Shown piece by piece: positions 24,397 through 27,967 of a stretch of 27,967 bases of DNA. The first letter of the stretch is position 1. Each line of letters begins with the position of its first letter. This DNA comes from a virus (taxonomy: Duplodnaviria; Caudoviricetes): IMG/VR virus record IMGVR_UViG_3300032227_000596, positions 1 to 27,967 of that record. One strand, written 5' to 3'. The translations under genes were made by a program, and so were the position numbers. The notes beneath the pieces are model-generated. The model searched no databases. It was given only the letters and a program-made list of their open reading frames with translations, and was not told the DNA's origin.

Positions 24397-25995
24397 ATGG
24401 CAATAGTTCAAGTATCACGAATAACAAACCGTAAAGGTCTAGCAGAAAATCTGCCGCAATTGGCCGGCGCAGAATTAGGCTGGGCCACCGATGAACGCCG
24501 ACTGTTCATTGGCAATGGCACACTACAAGACGGCGCTCCGGTGATTGGAAACACCGAAGTCCTAACAGAATTTTCAGACTTCTTGTTGGTAAATGGTGCT
24601 TACACCTACCGGGGCGAAGCCGCTGGTTACACAGTACAGACCGGTGCCACTTCTGGCAGCCCAGTCAGTTTGAATCTACAGCAATGGCTGGATCAATTTG
24701 CCACGGTGCTGGATTTTGGTGCCGTGGGTGATGGAGTCACCGACGACACCGAGGCCATCAACCGTGCGCTGTATCAACTGTATTGCAGAGAAGTCAATCC
24801 ACAGATACGCCGTTCATTGTTCTTTCCAGCAGGTAGATACTTGGTCACCGAATCCATTGTGATTCCACCTTATGCCACATTGTATGGTGAGGGCATCAAT
24901 TCCAGTGTGATTGTGATGGACTCTTCCAGCGCCACTTCCACCCTGAGTGCATATGTGGCAAGATTTGGAGACAGCTTGCAGCAGACCGGTGTGAACATCG
25001 GCAACAATGGTGCCACCCCGCCCGTGGACATCTCCATATCCAACATGGGATTTGAGAGCCTGGATCTAGTGGACATATTCCTTGTGGAAGATGCTGAACA
25101 ATGCACCTTTATGGACGTGAGTTTTCGGGGACCACTGGTAGAAGCGGATCTGGTTGATCAACTGGACAGCATTGCATGTGTGCATTTTGCATCCACGCTG
25201 AGCTTGGTGTGTAACAGTATCACCTTCCGTAGATGTAGTTTTGGTGGAACCACTTGGGCATTCGAAACTCCCAATCAAGTTCAAGGTGTGCTGATCACAG
25301 AAAGCACATTTGACACCTTGTATCAAGGTATCCAACTGGGAGATCCTGCTCCGTTAAATGGCGGCCCCACAGGATTCCGCATCTTGGGCAATGTGTTTGA
25401 CAACATCTATGCCGAAGGCATCTACATCGCTGCCAACACCGTGATGAATGCCAGCGGATACAACATGTTCTATGATGTGGGCAATCACTTCAACGGTACC
25501 ACTGCACCTGCCACTGCTGTGATCAATTTTGTAGGCGCCAACAACGTCAGCATCGGCGACATGTTCCAACGCACCACTGCTTATTCAGGAACTTATGCTC
25601 GCGTCAACATCAACAATGGCATCAGCATAGCCTTTGATGGTGCCAGTCAGATGCAATTGGGAACATACACACGTGAGACCGGTACCGTGGCCACAGTGGC
25701 CAACAATGCAATCAATCAAGTGATTTTTACTTTTGACGGCAACGATGTACGAGCTGTGCAGATCAATTACACAGTGGTGAGAAACACAGGAACACGCACA
25801 GGAGTTTTCACCATCGTGGCCGGAACAGACAATGCCGGTACTGGCCTGACCAGCAATGATGCTGGCTTTGAAAACTCAGTAACTGGTGTTACATTTGGTG
25901 TTCAAGAACTAGCAGGACAAGTCAGTTGGTTAGCTTCGGCCACCAACACCGGCATTGCTGCCACTTTAAATTATTCAATAACTCGACTTGCCTGA
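24397..25995 (+). CDS. Tail/baseplate protein with a pectate-lyase-like beta-helix
   Basis: N-terminal LPQLAGAELGWATDERRLFIGNG; DFGAVGDGVTDDTEAINRA...FFPAGRY; TAAATA at 24370-24375. Confidence 0.8.
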   Translation: MAIVQVSRITNRKGLAENLPQLAGAELGWATDERRLFIGNGTLQDGAPVIGNTEVLTEFSDFLLVNGAYTYRGEAAGYTVQTGATSGSPVSLNLQQWLDQFATVLDFGAVGDGVTDDTEAINRALYQLYCREVNPQIRRSLFFPAGRYLVTESIVIPPYATLYGEGINSSVIVMDSSSATSTLSAYVARFGDSLQQTGVNIGNNGATPPVDISISNMGFESLDLVDIFLVEDAEQCTFMDVSFRGPLVEADLVDQLDSIACVHFASTLSLVCNSITFRRCSFGGTTWAFETPNQVQGVLITESTFDTLYQGIQLGDPAPLNGGPTGFRILGNVFDNIYAEGIYIAANTVMNASGYNMFYDVGNHFNGTTAPATAVINFVGANNVSIGDMFQRTTAYSGTYARVNINNGISIAFDGASQMQLGTYTRETGTVATVANNAINQVIFTFDGNDVRAVQINYTVVRNTGTRTGVFTIVAGTDNAGTGLTSNDAGFENSVTGVTFGVQELAGQVSWLASATNTGIAATLNYSITRLA

Positions 25996-26414
25996 TGTGG
26001 TGTCTGACTTTTGAACAACGCCTAGCGGCGTGGACAGCTCTACGAGATCGTGTTCGCGATCTTCCTACACCCAACGCTCTCCGAGAGATCAATATCTGGT
26101 GGCAACAAACTCCCTGGCGTGCATATCACTTGCATTGGGAAGATCGGCAAGATTGGCCTGATCCCTGGCAACTTTTGAGCGATAACATCTATTGTGATCT
26201 TGCTCGCGGGCTGGGAATCCTGTATACTATCACTGTGCTGGATCGTGATGACATACAAGACGCTGAATTGGTAGAGACTGACCAGGGCAATTTAGTCCTG
26301 GTCCAGGGTGGAAAATATATACTGAATTGGGGCGCAGACATTGAGTTAAATACCAGTCTCAAACAAAGCAAACATCACATCGCGCTGAGCGAAGTAAAAC
26401 AACAACTATATTGA
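25995..26414 (+). CDS. Hypothetical protein
   Basis: TGATG-coupled start at 25995 (MWCLTFEQRLAAW...WPDPWQL...YCD). Confidence 0.7.
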   Translation: MWCLTFEQRLAAWTALRDRVRDLPTPNALREINIWWQQTPWRAYHLHWEDRQDWPDPWQLLSDNIYCDLARGLGILYTITVLDRDDIQDAELVETDQGNLVLVQGGKYILNWGADIELNTSLKQSKHHIALSEVKQQLY

Positions 26415-26420
26415 GCAGTA

Positions 26421-27967
26421 ATGACACAGATCACAGTTATCAAGCGTAATGGCCGCAGAGAGCCACTGGCACTAGAAAAATGGCAGACACAGATTGCCAA
26501 GGTATGTTCGGGCATAGCAGACGTAAGTCAGAGCATGGTAGAGATCAAAGCACAGATGCATTTCTACGATGGCATCACTACCAAAGAGATTGATGGCATC
26601 ACACTGAGAGCCATTGTGGATCTCATTGATGTGGAATCAAATCCCGATGTAGGGCATACCAACTATCAATACGTGGCCGGCAAACAACGCCTATCCATGT
26701 TACGCAAAGATGTATATGGCTCATACGATCCTCCCCACTTGTATGAAATCGTCAAGAAGAATGTCACAACTGGTCTGTACACTCCGGAACTGTTGGAATG
26801 GTATAGCGAGGATGACTGGAACCGCATGCAGGACATGATTGATCATGACAAGGACGAATCTCTCAGTTATGCTGCTATTGAACAGTTGATTGAAAAATAT
26901 CTTGTGAAGAATCGTGCCACCAAGGAGACATATGAAACACCTCAAGTTCGTTACATGGTTGCAGCAGCCACTGTGTTCCACAAGGAAGAACCAAACTCAG
27001 CAAGAATGCGTTACATCAAAGAATACTACAATGCTGCTAGTGATGGTCTTTTTACATTGGCTACCCCTGTGCTGGCTGGCCTGGGAACTCCAACCAAGCA
27101 ATTCAGTAGTTGTGTGCTTATTCGCAGTGACGACGATCTGGACAGTATTTTTGCTTCGGGAGAGATGATGGCCAAGTATGCCAGCAAACGTGCTGGCATT
27201 GGTCTTGAGATTGGAAGATTGCGTCCATTGGGTTCACCTATCCGTGGTGGAGAGATCATGCACACCGGCATGATACCTTTTTTGAAGAAGTGGTTCGGTG
27301 ACCTACGCTCGTGCTCACAAGGAGGTATCCGCAATGCAAGTGCTACTGTTTTTTATCCTATTTGGCATCATCAGTTTGATGATCTTATTGTTCTCAAGAA
27401 CAACCAAGGCACAGAAGAAACCCGAGTGCGACACATGGACTACGGTGTGGTTCTATCCGCATTTTTCTGGCGCCGTTTCAAGAACAAAGAAAACATAACT
27501 TTCTTTGACCCTAACGAAGTACCTGACTTGTATGAAGCATTTTACAAAGATACTCCGCTGTTTGAAGAACTTTATGTACGCTATGAGAAGCGCAAGGATC
27601 TACGAAAAAAGACCATGGCTGCGGAGGAAGTTTTCAAGAGTGGTATTCTCAAGGAACGAACAGACACTGGACGTATATATCTAGTGTTCATTGACAATGT
27701 GATGAGCCAAGGACCGTTTGATCCGGAATATCATACCATCTACCAGAGCAACTTATGCTGTGAAATACTTTTGCCTACTAGATCCTTTAAGCGGCTGGAT
27801 GATCCCGACGGTCGTATTGCACTTTGCACATTGGGCAGTCTCAACTGGGGAGCCTTCCGTAACCCAGAAGATATTCGCCGTGCTGCCCGCATTCTGCACC
27901 GCAGCCTCAATAATATTCTTGATTACCAAGACTTCTTATCCATCCAATCAAAACTGTCCAACGACGA
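26421..27967 (+). CDS. nrdA: Class Ia ribonucleotide reductase alpha subunit with ATP cone, 3' truncated
   Basis: Absent from the ORF track. MTQITVIKRNGRRE (ATP cone), ETPQ, TPVLAG, QFSSCVL, SQGGIR, QSNLCCEI, IALCTL. Confidence 0.95.
   Translation, partial: MTQITVIKRNGRREPLALEKWQTQIAKVCSGIADVSQSMVEIKAQMHFYDGITTKEIDGITLRAIVDLIDVESNPDVGHTNYQYVAGKQRLSMLRKDVYGSYDPPHLYEIVKKNVTTGLYTPELLEWYSEDDWNRMQDMIDHDKDESLSYAAIEQLIEKYLVKNRATKETYETPQVRYMVAAATVFHKEEPNSARMRYIKEYYNAASDGLFTLATPVLAGLGTPTKQFSSCVLIRSDDDLDSIFASGEMMAKYASKRAGIGLEIGRLRPLGSPIRGGEIMHTGMIPFLKKWFGDLRSCSQGGIRNASATVFYPIWHHQFDDLIVLKNNQGTEETRVRHMDYGVVLSAFFWRRFKNKENITFFDPNEVPDLYEAFYKDTPLFEELYVRYEKRKDLRKKTMAAEEVFKSGILKERTDTGRIYLVFIDNVMSQGPFDPEYHTIYQSNLCCEILLPTRSFKRLDDPDGRIALCTLGSLNWGAFRNPEDIRRAARILHRSLNNILDYQDFLSIQSKLSND

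Noticed and set aside
26347-26352. TAAATA upstream of nrdA
   Set aside because: It is inside a coding region, 68 nt from the start, and could be a chance match; not supported enough to call.
1-27967. Stop-codon reassignment as seen in some large phages
   Set aside because: TAG, TGA and TAA all end genes cleanly, and long conserved genes are uninterrupted in the standard code.
26421-27967. Intron or intein in nrdA (also considered for uvsW and the DnaB-like helicase)
   Set aside because: Motif spacing and lengths look normal, with no insertion evident.

Overview
A gene-dense 28 kb segment, mostly on the + strand and in the standard genetic code, from a large T4-like/jumbo tailed phage. The host is probably a proteobacterium, inferred from the IscU/IscA and class Ia NrdA sequences. 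In order: (1) 1-5.4 kb, a glycan cluster of four glycosyltransferases, three SAM methyltransferases and a cytidylyltransferase-cupin fusion behind T4-like late promoters (TAAATA); (2) 6.0-7.6 kb, a sigma70-type unit with an AAA ATPase and two unannotated micro-ORFs; (3) 8.5-17.7 kb, a replication region with a UvsW-like helicase, a possible degenerate Hint-fold protein, a gp62-like clamp-loader subunit, a classical zinc-finger protein, a 189-aa DnaE (C-family polymerase) core, primase and DnaB-like helicase; (4) 17.7-22.9 kb, a late block of probable virion/internal head proteins, including a Pol-beta nucleotidyltransferase fused to a KxDG ligase-like domain; (5) iscU-iscA, a PD-(D/E)XK exonuclease, a beta-helix tail protein and the 5' part of nrdA. 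The most striking observations are the NTase-ligase fusion with putative prohead-protease sites, the minimal or split DnaE, and apparent leaderless translation from both promoter classes. All calls come from recognising motifs by eye; no database searches were run.
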